A DNA stretch of 64,000 nt from Lama guanicoe. Lineage: Eukaryota. The position numbers and the translations under genes were made by a program. The stretch is taken from the NCBI GenBank assembly GCA_013239625.1, contig MU054187.1:21765280-21829279 (forward strand). Reading direction: 5' to 3'. Under the pieces are notes generated by a model. The model did no database searches. It was not told the origin of the DNA and saw only the letters and a program-made list of their open reading frames with translations. This document shows positions 37,609-50,740 of the stretch, one piece after another; position 1 is the stretch's first letter, and the number at the start of each line of letters is the position of its first letter.

Positions 37609-38839
37609 TATGTATAGCGTGCCTGTGTTCCACTCTCCTCATTTATCATCACTTTATGACATTGTCTCAGAAGCATTTTGTGTATGTGGCCATTCCCTTA
37701 TTTTTAGTGACCACAGAAATGGTGCAGCAGTGGTTTTTCCATCATGCTCCACGGTGCCTCTGAATTTCTCAGAGGGGGTTTGGGACCCTGTGCAGAGTGC
37801 AGCGTAGGTGGGGACACACACAGGAAGGCCACGGGACCGACCCATAACCCCTGCTTCAGCTGGAGCTGTTGCTCTTTAAAAACAAAATATTTTATATCAG
37901 TTTTCACATTTAGCTTATGTATAGTTTCAACGAAGAGAGGTTCCTGCAGCCAAAGTTTAAATTAATTTATAATCATATAATTATTTATAATTCCCCTATT
38001 GTTGGACATTTAGGTTAGTTCCATTTTTATGGTTATAAATAATATTGCTCAGAGCATCTTTGCTCACACATCATCTTTTTCCTTTTAATTGTTTCCTTAT
38101 TTTAAATTTCCAGGAGTTGATTTAGGCTGAAGGGCAGGGACAGTTGTAAGCATTCTGGGCAGTGTTGCCAAGCTGCCCTTTCTAGGCAATTTACAATTTA
38201 TGCTGCCCACGGCAATGTGGGCACACAAGCAATTCATCCACAACCCAACAGCAAAAATCAAACACCACCCCAAACAGTACAAAAATCAGCAACATGAATT
38301 AATGTATTTAAATCAACTTAATTTAAAAGGCAGGCCATGACTCACCTTGGAGGCACGTGGAGGTGCCTCCAAGCAATGGAGGTTGACCGCAGCTGAGCTG
38401 GATGGGCGGCACAGAATTTCGGCTCACTGATGCTGTAGCAGGTGGCCAGAAACTTGTTGGGAAAACGGTGTTACCTGAACAGGGAGCCTGTGGAAGGAGG
38501 AGACTGCCAGAAGGCTTTTACAAAGGATTATTCAGGGACCATAGAAAAGGAAGAGACCCTGGTCCCCTGGAATAGTGAGGGGCCATCTTAGAGGGACCCT
38601 GACTTGGGGAACTGGACTTTCCCAGAATACATCTTGCCTCTGAAACTTAGACAGGGCAGAATTTAATTGTTGCAGCGCATGCAGAATGCTTAGGAAAATG
38701 TTAATGCATTTAACAGCATGTGGATAATGGCTTTAAAATATCATTTTTCAAAGACAAGGGAAAAAAAAGAAAAAATCACTCATATTCTCACTTCCACATC
38801 AATAACGTTCTGACCATTTTGCCTTTTAGGGATTAGAAA

Positions 38840-39030
38840 AATGGATCTCTACTATATGTAAAATAGACAGCAATGTCCTGCTGTGTATAGCACAGGGAAC
38901 TATGTCCAATGCCTTGTAATGAATAGCCAATAATGAAAAAGAATATATATAAAGAAATGAATCACTATGCTATACACTAGAAGTTAACACATCATAAATC
39001 AACTATACTCCAATAAATAAATAAATAAAT
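38840..39030 (+). mobile_element. L1 3'-end fragment
   Basis: atagcacagggaactatg...aactatactccaataaataaataaata. Confidence 0.75.
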
Positions 39031-40423
39031 GGTTAAAAAGAAAGAATCTTCAGTGCATCTTACTTTTATAAAGTTTAAGTAATTTGTTTTACTTTTTAGA
39101 AATTGGAACATTGAAGGAGCCAGATGAGTTAGGTGTGACTCCGTACTTGTAAATCCCAGATTTGCAGTAAGTTATGATGTATTTTATAATATGCAGGATA
39201 AAGGCTGTTGTTTTTTCTTTTTTTAATCCAAAAGCACTAGTTTACTTTCCTCAGTCAAACGTATAAACCCTCCAGCTGGCACTTCTGCCTGCTAGCTCAG
39301 CAGAGGCGATGGGGAGGAAAGATTGTATGATTTCCTCACCTCCACATGACATCATCTGTGGCCCGGTGGTGGCAAATGGCTGAAGAATGTCACACGGTGA
39401 CCCATGGTGCTAATCTCTCTTCTCATAAAGCAGTGACGTTCAGTCTATGGTGTCACACAGATGCCGGCATTAAGGAAGGAGCAAACAAGGAAAGAATATG
39501 TCTTTTTAAAATTAAATATAGGTGGGAGGAGGTGCCAGGATTTTAACTGGCAAAAGTCGTATGTTTGCCTTTTTGCACAGGAAATTCGTTTTAAGTTTGG
39601 CTCTGTGGAACGCAACAGGGATTGGGCAATGGGGACACTGAATACCCGTTCTTCACACGTTCATACAGATCTGTGAACCTGGAAATCGTGTGTGTAACAC
39701 GAGGGTCTCCGGCAGCAGGAACTCTTGCTCACACCCACTGGCCCAGTTCACATCTGTATTGTCATCACCTCCCACTCTCTGGCCTCCAGTCTGAATGTCT
39801 CACCCCTGCACTGATCATCTCTACGACGCGGGGCTGGTGGTGCCCCCCCCCCCCCGGCTCCGCACCTTTGATCAGGGTTGCACCGCCAGCCAAGCTGGGC
39901 AGAGTTGCAATGTTCAGGAGCCTCTGCATTCAGGAGCTCGCTCTCTCTGGCTCCAACCCCCTTTTCCAGCCTGACTTCCAGCCACTCCCTGGCAGCCCCC
40001 CCAAACCCCACGCCTAAGCGTCTGGTCTCTGCAGACAGCCTCGCCAGGCACTAAGCAAGCCCTGGTCTCGCCGAGCTTTCTTCTTGCTCATGCGTTTTCC
40101 TTTCCACTTAAATTCCCTTTCTCTATTCCTCTGTCCTTTAAGGACCAGCACAAACGTAGCCTCCTCTCTGAATCCTTCTACTATCTCTCTCTGCTGGGCA
40201 GAGCTACGGGCTTTTCCAGCTCTGTTCTGATGTATTTAGTTTCAGCAGCCCACCTGGTCATACAGTTCTGTGTCTTCGCTTCTCCCACTCTGGGCAGACG
40301 GCAGCTCCTCTGGGGCAGGGGTATGTCTGTTTCATGTTTTTATCCCCAGAACTAACACAGTGTCAGACATGTAGTAAGTGTTTGTATATATATATATATA
40401 TATATAATTTCAAAGAAAGGTAG

Positions 40424-40570
40424 ATTTTATTTTACTTTATTTTGGGGGGAGGGAAGGTAATTGGGTTTATTTACTTATTCATTATTTTTTTAATGGAGGT
40501 GCTGGGGATTGAACCCAGGACCTTGTGCATGCTAGGCATGCCCTCTGCCACTGAGCTATACCCTCCCCGC
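40424..40570 (-). mobile_element. tRNA-derived SINE (vic-1-like)
   Basis: ggggattgaacccaggacc...ccactgagctataccctcccc. Confidence 0.88.
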
Positions 40571-41530
40571 TGTAAGTGCTTGTGTATATTTGAACCAACT
40601 CATTTATTTATAAATAGGTTATAGTTACTAGTGAACCAATGAAAAGTAACGTGGTTATATACCAATATTTGCTATTTTTTATTCAACCATTCTTTCCTGA
40701 GTCCCTGCTATGTGCCAGGCATTGTGATGGGCACTGGTTTTCAAAGATGAAGAAGACACGGCTCCTGCTTTGAAAGGGGTCCCATAGCCTTGTGAGGGAG
40801 ATAGATGGGTGAGCATGGAGTACATTCATTTCTTTATTTTGTAAAATAGAAAAAGGTTCTTAAATTTGGATTTATTTCCCCTGCATGAATTTCAAGTGAG
40901 TTGTGGCATATTAAGAGTTGAAGTAGCAGACTTTTATAAGCTATATTTAATTTCTGATCTGCACCACTCAGAAAAGATGTGTTTAAGAGATTCCTCTTTC
41001 CTTTACCAGCAAGGGTGCAGTCCTGGCTGTTTCTGCTGGTTGTGCTGGGAATTTAGAATCTTCCTTTTCTACCACAGGCAGCCATCCCCATAGTTGGTTG
41101 TACTGCCAGGGAGAGGAGCAGAGGTGCTAGAAATACAGAGGGTGGGTTGGGGGGTGGGGCGGGGAGAGAGAGAGAGAGAGAGAGATTGCATCCTTCACTG
41201 CCAGAGCCCTGCTGAGACTTTTTACTGTTCCAGGAATCCATAACACTAGCAGCAAGGCAATGATATCGCCACAAACACCCTTAACCTTCTTCTGGTAAAG
41301 TGAGAAGACAAAACAGAGTTTAACAAGATAACCAGAAGATAGTCTTGCATCAGTCTTCAATATAAACTATGTCATTGGCTTGGAGTGAGGGTTTGCTGGA
41401 GCCTTCATCTACTTTGGCCAAGTGACACAAGGAGTCCCAGTTATTAATGAACCATAACATATAAAAGGACAACCTGAGATAGTCAACTGGCATTTGGTAA
41501 AGGTCAGAGGTTATTATGAAAGGACTTGTG

Positions 41531-42150
41531 ACCCACTGATTCCTCTCCTGGGTAAATAATCTGAAAAAAACAAAAACACTGATTCAAAAGATACACTCCC
41601 CCACCACAGTGTTCATAGCAGCATTATTTACAATAGCTAAGATGTAGCAGCAACCTAAGTGTCCACCAGCAGATGAAAGGATAAAGAGGATGTGGTATAT
41701 ATACACACACACACACACGCGCACGTGCACACACACACAATGGAATACTACTCAGTCATAAAAAGGAACAAATTTTTCTCATTTACAGCAACATGCATGG
41801 ACTTGGAGGGAATTAAGCAAAGTGAAATAAGTCAGACTGAGAAAGACAAATACTATATGATACCACTTATATGTGGAATCTAAAAAATTCAACAAACTAG
41901 TGGATATAACAAAAAAAAAAAAAGGCAGATACTCACAGGTGTAGAGAACACATAGTGGTTCCCAGTGGGGAGAGAGGAAGATGGACAATATAGGGGAGTG
42001 GGGTGGGAGGTACAAACTATTGGGTGTTAGACAGGCTCAAGGGTGGATTGCACAACACGGAGAATACAGCCAAAATTTTAATAACTGTGAATGGAAAGCA
42101 ACCTTTAAAAATTGTATAAATTGAAAAAAATTTTTTTAAATTTAAAAAAG
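41531..42150 (+). mobile_element. L1 3' fragment with TSD
   Basis: Motifs from the end of ORF2 (ttcatagcagcattatttacaatagc; atggaatactactcag). TSD ggacttgtg at 41522-41530 and 42151-42159. Confidence 0.88.
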
Positions 42151-43094
42151 GGACTTGTGCAGAGGCAATAATCATTCAACCACTCTCCAAGGAGGAGGAT
42201 CCAGATGCATAGACTCTTCAGACTAGAAAGGACATTAGGAAGAAAGGCAGTCCAGCCTTTGCCTCTGAGAAGGAGGACATTCAGTCATTCAGAAAAACCA
42301 AGAGAAACAGAATGAACTCAATAAACCAGATCCTATTTTGGAAGCCAAATGTTTTCCCAGCAAATGACTCAGTTAACACCTGCAAAGAACTCTAAAGACA
42401 TTTTGCAGTTTTACATGTACTATCGGTTTCCTTTGTTCATCTCTTGAGAGTAAGCTTTTTTTAATTTTGAAAGATAATACAATGTTGGGTTTATTGCATT
42501 AGGATGTGATACAATACAATGCTGTAAGGTGCACGCTCTTGAGGAGACTATATAAACAGATGTCACCCCCAGTAGGAGGAAGTGAGCCACTCATCTCCTT
42601 CAGGGTGTGGGGGTGAGTATTGGCTTTGCGTGTGCAAATGCAAAACTACAGACACAAGGTTCCTGGAGCATCAAGAGTCTATTAAGATAAGACACAATAA
42701 GCTCTTCATTGTATAATAAATAATATTTATTACTTACCAGTTGTCCTCTGGTATTATTTTCAACTATTTTAATGTATTGTTTCTCTTTGCTCCCTTGTCA
42801 GCTTTCCCAAAGTTTAACTCAGCTTCCAGAAAGGTCTGATGCCTTTTGCTACTATTTTCCAAAAAAGAGGAGCAGGCACATTGGAGACTTAGTCTGTCAG
42901 TCTCTGATGTTGGAGCCTGCAAAAGTTGACCTGCACAATGACATTACAGGTAAGTTTCGGCTTGGTAATGAAAGACTGTGACTTACACCAGGGCTTCTGT
43001 GGACGAGGTACTGGGTCTGAGATCGGAGCACTCTATGGGATGGATGTAGGGAGAAGCGTGGTCAGAGTGGGCATCGCGTGGAGGTGTATATCTT

Positions 43095-43335
43095 CATTAT
43101 TATCAAGTGTCCCTGAAAGATTCTTCCACCCTAATGCTCAGAAGCTGTGGATACGATACCTCACATGGCAGCAAGGACTTTACAAATGTGAATAAAGGAA
43201 CAGACATTGAGATGGGAAGTTGTCCCAGATTATCTAGGCGGGTCCAAGCCAATCACACACACTTTTAAAAGCAGAGAACCATTTCTGACTGTAGTTGGAA
43301 AGCCGTGACTAAAGAAGGAAGGTCAGAAAGATGCT
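43095..43335 (+). mobile_element. MLT1D-like MaLR LTR 5' fragment, truncated by L1
   Basis: acatggcagcaaggactttacaaatgtg...gagatgggaagtt...gattatctaggcgggtccaa. Confidence 0.6.
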
Positions 43336-43379
43336 GGTTTATTTCACTTGTGCTTCGTATTTATTAATTAGAAAAACAT

Positions 43380-44310
43380 TTTTGTAACTTCTTCCCCAGC
43401 TTTAGTGAAGTATGACTGACAAATAAAAATTATATACATTTAAGTTGTACATGATTTTATAAGGTGTATAATAGGATGATTTAATATATGTATACATTGT
43501 GAAATGACTACCACAGTCAAGTTAATTAACATATCCATCACCTTTTTTTTTGATGGTGAAAACACTAAAAATTTAGTCTCTTAGCAAATTTCAAGTATAT
43601 AACACATTTCAAGTATATTAACTAGATTAATTATTATTAACCAGGCTGGACATTAGATCCCCAGAACTTATTAATCTTATAACAAAAATCTTACACTTTT
43701 TGCCCTACATTTGCCCGTTTCCCCAGTCCCTCAGCTCCTGGAAACCACCAATTTACTCTCAGCTTCTGTGAGTTTGACTTTTTAGGATTCTCTGTATAGG
43801 TGAGATTATACAGCATTTGTCTTTCCGTGTTTGAGCCTTCTAACTTAACATAAGAAAATTAATATCCTTAAAAAGAATGTCCTCCAGATTCATACACATT
43901 GTCACAAATAGTAGAATTTCCTTCTTTTTATAGTTGAATAATATCCACCATTATCCTGGCTCATATGAGTAACACTGCAATGGATGTGAGAGTGCAGCTA
44001 TCTCTTTGAGATACTGATTTCATTTCCTTTGAATATATACTTAGAAGTGGGATTGCTGGATCATGCGATAGTTCTGTTTTTAATTTTTTGAGAAATCCCT
44101 AAACCATTCTGCATGGTGGCTGTACCAAATTACACTCCCCCCAGAAGTGCACAAGGATTCCCCTTTCTCTGTACCATCGCCAGTACTTGTTTTCTATTAT
44201 CTTTTTGACAATAGCCATCCTAACAAGTGTGAGGTGGTATCTCGCAGTTTTGATTGTAGTTCCCTGATGATTATCGCCATTTCGTATACCTGTTGGCCAT
44301 TGTACGTCTG
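43380..44310 (-). mobile_element. L1MA/MB-like 3' fragment
   Basis: gggattgctggatcat...gtgtgaggtggtatctc. The reverse translation contains an ORF2-like RYHLTLVRMAIVKK. Confidence 0.85.
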
Positions 44311-45029
44311 ACATATTATTGACCCCTTTACAAAATATTTCATTTGCTTTCACAACTAGCCTGATTTGTATTATTCCTATTTAACAGAAGAAAAGCTGCA
44401 GGTAAGAAGCTGACAGAAACTGCAGATAAGATGTTAAATGGTCCATCCACAAAGCCGGGGAAGAAGGACTCAAAGCCCATCACAATGCCAGGCAGACTCT
44501 CCCTCATCCTCAAAACAGAAGGTTTTGCACAATAAGACTGAATCATTCTCTTTCCTAGTCTTTCTCCATATCCTTGAATATTGACACATGATAAAGATTT
44601 CCTTTAAAAGTTGTGTTTCATTTTCTACAGATGATGCAAAAATGAATAGACATTATTTTCCCCAAACTGTCTTTGAACATAACTTAAAAATTAAAATACT
44701 GGCTTTATCTCAGCTTTAGGTTAGCTGATTTTTGCTTAGCTTCACTGACAGCAGTTTTCACCCTTTTCACAGCAGGAAGCCCACCTCTGATGGAAACCAT
44801 TAGTATCAACTATTGTTTAATTCAGATAATATATGTTAAACAGCTACATACAAAAATGGATGCTCTTGTTAACAAATATGGTCAAAGAATAACATAGTGC
44901 AGGTAAGGCATTTTTCTATACCAGCAGGGACTGTAAGCAGAAAAAAGGAAAATAAGCCACTGAAACATAATTCAAAAAGTGTTAAACGTGTTTTAGATTT
45001 CTCTCTGCCTTCTTTTTTTTTCTTTAAAA

Positions 45030-45965
45030 AAATATTTTTAATTGACGTATAGTCAGTTACAATGTGTCAATCTCTGCCGTACAGCACAATGTCCCAGTCA
45101 CGCATATATACACATATATTCATTTTCATATTCTTTTATGCCTTCTTCTTAATCACAATAATTCAGATGCAGAAAGGGGGAATTTGCATAAGTGAACTTT
45201 TTAAAAAAATAGCACTACTGGGAGATAATTCACATACCATACGATTCACCCATTTAAAGTATAAAATTCAGTGGTTTTTGGTATATTATATTTAAAATTG
45301 TGATAAAATATGCATAAAGTTTGCCATTGTAAGTGTATAATTCAGTGGCATTAATTACATTCACTGGGTTGTGCAACATCACCACTATCTTTTTCCAAAA
45401 CGTTTTCATTACCCCAAATAGAAACTCTGTAACCATGAAGCTGTAACTTCCAACCCTTCCTCCTCTCAGTCTTTGTAACTTCTAGTCTCCGGTCAGATTT
45501 TATAGATCTGTCTACCTTAGATAATTCATGTAGCGGAGCTTCTTGGGGTGTCTGATTCATTTACTTAGCACAATGTTTTCAAGGTTTATCCATGTCACAG
45601 CATGTATCAGAACTTTCTTTTTATGGCTGAATAATATTTCATTGTGTATATACACTATATTTTGTTTATCCAGTCATCTGTTGATGGACATTTGGGGTAT
45701 TTCTACCTTTTGGCAGTTGTGCATAATGCTGCAGTGAAATTGGCTTGTAAGTCTCTGAGTCTCTGCTTTCAGTTCCTTGGATGTATACCTAGTTGTGGAA
45801 TTGCTGGATCATATGGTAGTTTATGTTTAGCTTTGTGAGAGACAGCCAAATGGTTTTCCAATGCAGCAGCACCATGTTACATTCCCACCAGCAATGTACA
45901 AGGGTTCCAATTTCTCGGCATCCTCACTGACACCATCCTGAAGGTGTGATGTGGTATCTTCTTGT
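45030..45965 (-). mobile_element. Short young L1 tail (45030-45140) plus an older L1MB/MC fragment (45200-45965)
   Basis: gtatagtcagttacaatgtgtcaat; gataattcacataccatacgattcacccatttaaagt...ggaattgctggatcatatggta. Confidence 0.75.
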
Positions 45966-48900
45966 GACTTTGTGTAAATGAACTTTTATACTTAAAGCAA
46001 TGGCTGAAAAATTTGACTGCAATGAGCAGACACCATTTTTGTTGTTTTTCCATGATGTTTGCTACCACTCCCCAGGTTACCCCCAGATCATTAGTAGCCT
46101 AGCTTTTCTCCTTTCTTAGCCAGTTCATCTAGGAGGCAGCTCAGGAACAGGGAGTAAGCTATAGATGTAGGAATTTTGTGCAATAGGGAAATGTGTGTGG
46201 TATATAAAAGAGGGTGAAAAGGAAGTGTTTACAGAGAGGCAAATAGCTTATAAAGGATTATAAAAATTATGTAGGAGAGAGGAAACATGGGTGTATTCAT
46301 GGAAAGGTGATAGAGAAAATGATCAGTGCTAAGCAGTTGCCCTCTGTGAAATGTCACAGCTGGAAGAGCCATGGTTCGGAGCTGTCAAGTCTATGACTTG
46401 ATGCTTTATTGCAGAGAGGATGGATTTGGATTCCTTCAATCCACTGAATGATGAATGATATTGTTCCTTTCTTTTTCCCTAAGGCAGGGAGGTAGCTCCT
46501 GAAACCCTTTTAAAGATGGGAAACCCATTTCCCCAAGCCACCTTCAACTGCCACAGAGGATCAGACGTGAGTACACAGTCCAATGGCCCAATGGATCTTC
46601 TGTGGGTGCTAAGGCTGGTTTGTGAGATTTAGGAAAGATAAAGTTTCCCTTAAAAGTAAGCAAAATCCTCATGTTATTTTTTTCCTTAAGGAGATTGTCA
46701 TTATCAAAATATTGGAGCCCAATTTTGGTTGATTGTCCCTGAGCAATGGCGACTGTAATCCCACATGGAGGAGCACCCCTCACTGTCCCTATGACATCAG
46801 GTATGCCTTTTAGAGGAAAGCTTAAAAAATGCACACCCTTTCATCTTTTGTAAATTTATATCAAGAAAAAAATTAATATAGTGTGCAAATATTATGTACA
46901 TGTTGTGCAACATGATCACAGCAAAGTCACCTGTCAAAAAAATTGACAACTCAAATGTCTAAACTGTAGGGGATTTGTGAAATAAATTATGGCACACTTA
47001 CTGACTAGCATACTATTTTGTCCTTATAAAAATGTATTAATTGACATGGAAGAATATTCAAAAATTACTGACAAGTGAAACAAGCAAATCACAAAAGAGT
47101 AAATTCTCAATTTGTAGTTCCTCCCTCCCTCCCTTCTTTCATTCTTTTCTTCCTTTCTCTCTTTCTTTCTCTTCTTCACATCCTCCCCCCCTCTCTCTTT
47201 CTCTCTTTCCAGGTTTCTCTCTCTAGAGATTATATAACAAAATCTGAGTAGTGGTCTTTGGGTGGTGAGATTACAGATAAATTTTATTCATGCATTAGGA
47301 TGATTTGTATTTTATAATTTTTATACAATGAACCTCCATTACAATCCTATATCCTCTACCTACACATCCTGGAAAATGCCAGATGGTGGCAATTTCACAA
47401 TGCTGTTTACGAAGGGGCTGCTTCTTCTGCACACATATAGCATCACACATTCCTGTCTCCACATATGCAGAAGACTAGGTGATATTCTGAGTCTGCTTTA
47501 AAAAACAGCCCTAAATTCTTCTTAAAGACCAGAGAGATAGAATGCTACAAGGCAGCACACGCTGATGGGGAGAGCAGAAGTGAAGATGGTTCAGCAATGA
47601 CGAATGGTACCGGTTTGGTCACCCAGAATGGGGAGCGTTGCCAGTTCCCGTTGCCCGGATGCCTTTTGTGTTCTGCATCGTTTTTTTAGCTCAGGGATTA
47701 TCAGAGCAAGTTTTCCAGGCCAGAGCATTCAACACGGCACACCCATCCAAATTCAGAGCTCAGTGTGATTACTACCAGCTTTTAAAAATTTTGCTTGATA
47801 AGGATTTGGCTCTGGCCAACAGAATTCATTCTTATGGGTCATGTATTTGTTCAGGAAATAAGCAAACGATGCTCTGGTGACTGTAATGCACTATAAAGGC
47901 ATTTGCTCAGAGATAATTTCAGCAGAGTATAATCTTTCCGTTGCTTTGTTAATAAAATGTCCAAATTGTGTTTTCCACACTGACACTTTACATTCTTGGC
48001 TTTCAGAGTTTACTGGTGTCACGGAGACTCACAGGACCCGATGATCTAATTACCTTTTATGCTGTCATTAAGGAGCAGGAGTAGGACTGAGCCCAGAATT
48101 CCTGAGTTCACCTGATACTCATTTTTAAGATGCAAATAAACTGAATTTTCAAGATTTTACACCACAGAGTGAAATGCAGACATTTTTAAAATTAATTTTT
48201 GAAGTTACTTCTTGAAATGCTTTTCAAGGGGTTGGATTGAGCAAGTGTTTGGTCTCGAAGCCTGTTTTTCCAGAGGCTCCCACTAACGAGGTCCTCCGGT
48301 CAATCATAAACAGATCTAAGGACCTCAGGTCACAGATTGAGGAAGGTGCTTAAAAACTGAAACTTTGCACTGACAAGAGTTAGATTCTTCACTCAGTCGG
48401 GTTGAGGGTATATGAGAAAAGAATATCTTTATTCTAGCAAGTTGGGAAAAGACTGAAGAAATTTCTTTAGGTACGGTGATCTGGGAAGTCCCTTAGCAAG
48501 TTCTTTTAAATGGACTCGTAAAGTTTTCTATAACCTAGTTCTCATGTGAACTTGAGACAACAGTCTTTCTCCTGGAAACATCTCTTCTAAAGGACAGTAT
48601 TTTTATTCATTAGATTCGACAACATTTATTGAATGTGGACTCTGTATATGATTCTTTAATATCTGGTATCTTCGAATATTCTTAAAAATCATTCTTGTCT
48701 CAGAATAGTCTCAAAAATTATCACCAATTTGCACGTGAAAAGATGGGGTCCAGAGGGCTGCTTTAGTCAATCCTAATGGCTAATACTGGTTTTCCCTCCC
48801 TATCGTGCCCAGCTCGATTCCGTCCTCTTCTTGTTGGTCATGTTCCTCTAAGTGGACTCGTTCCATATATAACATCTGTGAAAGGGAAGATTTTGGAAGT

Positions 48901-49249
48901 TAACAAAGAAAACCAGTGTATTGCCTTGTTACACCAAATTAGAATTCTGGCAGACATTTTCTGTATAATTTTTTTTCTTCTCCAAAAACAATACAATTTC
49001 ACTCAGAACCAAATCAAAACAAACTTACCGACTGCCAAGTGGATTGTCTGTATCAATGAACAAATATCTGTGGAGTACCTACTATGTGTCAGGTAACAGT
49101 GAAATGATATGGCAGTGAAATGATAAACAAGACCCCTGAACTCATGGGAATCTCAAACACCAATCAGTAATTATAAGCTGGAAAGTAGGGCAGGTGGAAC
49201 CTTCTACTGTTGTCTCTCTTTCTCTTCCTTAAACTACTCCCCTTCAAAG

Positions 49250-49390
49250 TTCAATATCTTGTAATAATCTGTAATGAAAAAGAGTATGAAAATGAATGTA
49301 TGTATATATGAATATGCATGAGTGGGAGGTTGTGCTGTACACCAGAAACTGACACGTTGTAACTGACTATACTTCAGTAAAAAATAAATA
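49250..49390 (+). mobile_element. L1 3'-end fragment
   Basis: ttcaatatcttgtaata...gctgtacaccagaaactgacac...gactatacttcagtaaaaaataaa. Confidence 0.75.
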
Positions 49391-50589
49391 ACTGCTGCTA
49401 AAAATAATTAATGTTGTTACTTTGCCTTTGTGTTCTAGGTTCTGCACTCACTCTGCGCAGCAAATGAATTCTTAACGAATATATAATGAACATGTAAACA
49501 GTACAGCATGTGCTCAGAGGATAGAAAAGCAACAGCCTGGGGCAGGGAGAGTCCATTTTATCCCCAGAATCATAATACTGGGTGTGTCTCTGTCCATGTA
49601 TCTCTCCTTGTTTCAATTCTAGCAGCCTTCCTCAGTTTTTCCCTTTGGTAAGTTACTCTCTGGAATAGTGCAAATCTATGGCATTTCTACTGGGACATCA
49701 CCACCTTGACCAAATCAACTGATGTGGCTTCTTCCTGCTCCAACGGGGCCAGTGGCTCCTCGTCTTCCTTCAGGTCTGATTCCTCTGTTGCCATTTGGTC
49801 GATTTTTCAGTATGTTTTTCTAACTGTACAATCTAGTTCAGCCTGCCAGGGAGACCCAGAATTAGACCCCATCCCCAAGTTAATAAATATAAACCATTTC
49901 TGGCCATGTTAGCAGGTACTTTTTATAAAACTTGTGCCTGGCTGTTTTATTTACCTCCTAGATTATAAAATCCTTGAGGGTAGAGAATGTCTCATAAAAA
50001 CTTTATAAGCTTGCTAGCATAAATCACAGTGACAACACCCTCCAATCCTGTGAAGTCATTTAGTAATATATATCTATGGTGCTAAGATCATTTTGGTTTG
50101 TTTAGGAACGAGCATGGAAGTCATTGTCTTATCTCCAAAGAGGACCTGAGAGAAGTAATTTTATTTCATTTTTTTTCCACCAGGAAGATATCCGTGATTC
50201 TCACGTACTTCCTATGCCATAGAATAAATATAATAATGCTCATAAACTTCGTCAATATTTAAGGTCATTTAGGAGGGGCATGCTGTATTTCTAAGGGCTA
50301 ATGACATACATATTTAAGCTAATTTCTTTTATTCACATTTTGCAATAAAATATATTACTCTTTTGACTTATTGCCTACTAAACTTATGTTGATTTACTGT
50401 TTAGATTTAAAACATCTTTCCCCTTGAAATCTTTTCAGAACATTATGACAATTAAAAAAAATCAAATAAAATTTAGCGTGAAGAAAGAGCACTTTTCTTA
50501 AATTTTTATAATTTATATATGCCTTTAGGTCCATACATTTCTAAGTGACTGTATCTGGAAAGAAAGTTCATTTGGTGGGTAAGTGTTCA

Positions 50590-50740
50590 GATTCCACTGC
50601 CACAAAATTAGAATTCTAATCCTAGCGTTGCTCCTCTCGAGCTGTGTGGATTTGGACAAGGCTATAAAGCCTCAGTTTCCTCATCTGTAAAATGAGTATG
50701 ATATTTGTACATAATTCTTGCTCAGTTGCTGTGATGAAAT
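50590..50740 (+). mobile_element. MIR SINE remnant
   Basis: gctgtgtggatttggacaag...gcctcagtttcctcatctgtaaaatg. Confidence 0.65.

Larger units (their letters stand above)
34000..48140 (+). pseudogene. Candidate decayed multi-exon gene (unitary pseudogene or spliced lncRNA) of unknown family
   Basis: Exon-like blocks bounded by polypyrimidine-AG and GT: ATGA|gtaagt 34000-34003, 34084-34425, 34761-34907, 37708-37803, 39100-39166, 39581-39689, 42802-42949, 46484-46566, 46691-46800, and 48007 to AATAAA 48135-48140. The frame from ATG 34000 has 4 internal stops in about 367 codons. Confidence 0.45.

Noticed and set aside
46735..46815. Faint nucleotide resemblance to CA exon 2 (cctgagcaatgg...ctgtaatccc...tgacatc; PEQW) suggesting a relic CA paralog
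   Set aside because: It needs several gaps, lacks the QSP motif, has incompatible exon size and boundaries, and no other CA-like exons lie nearby.
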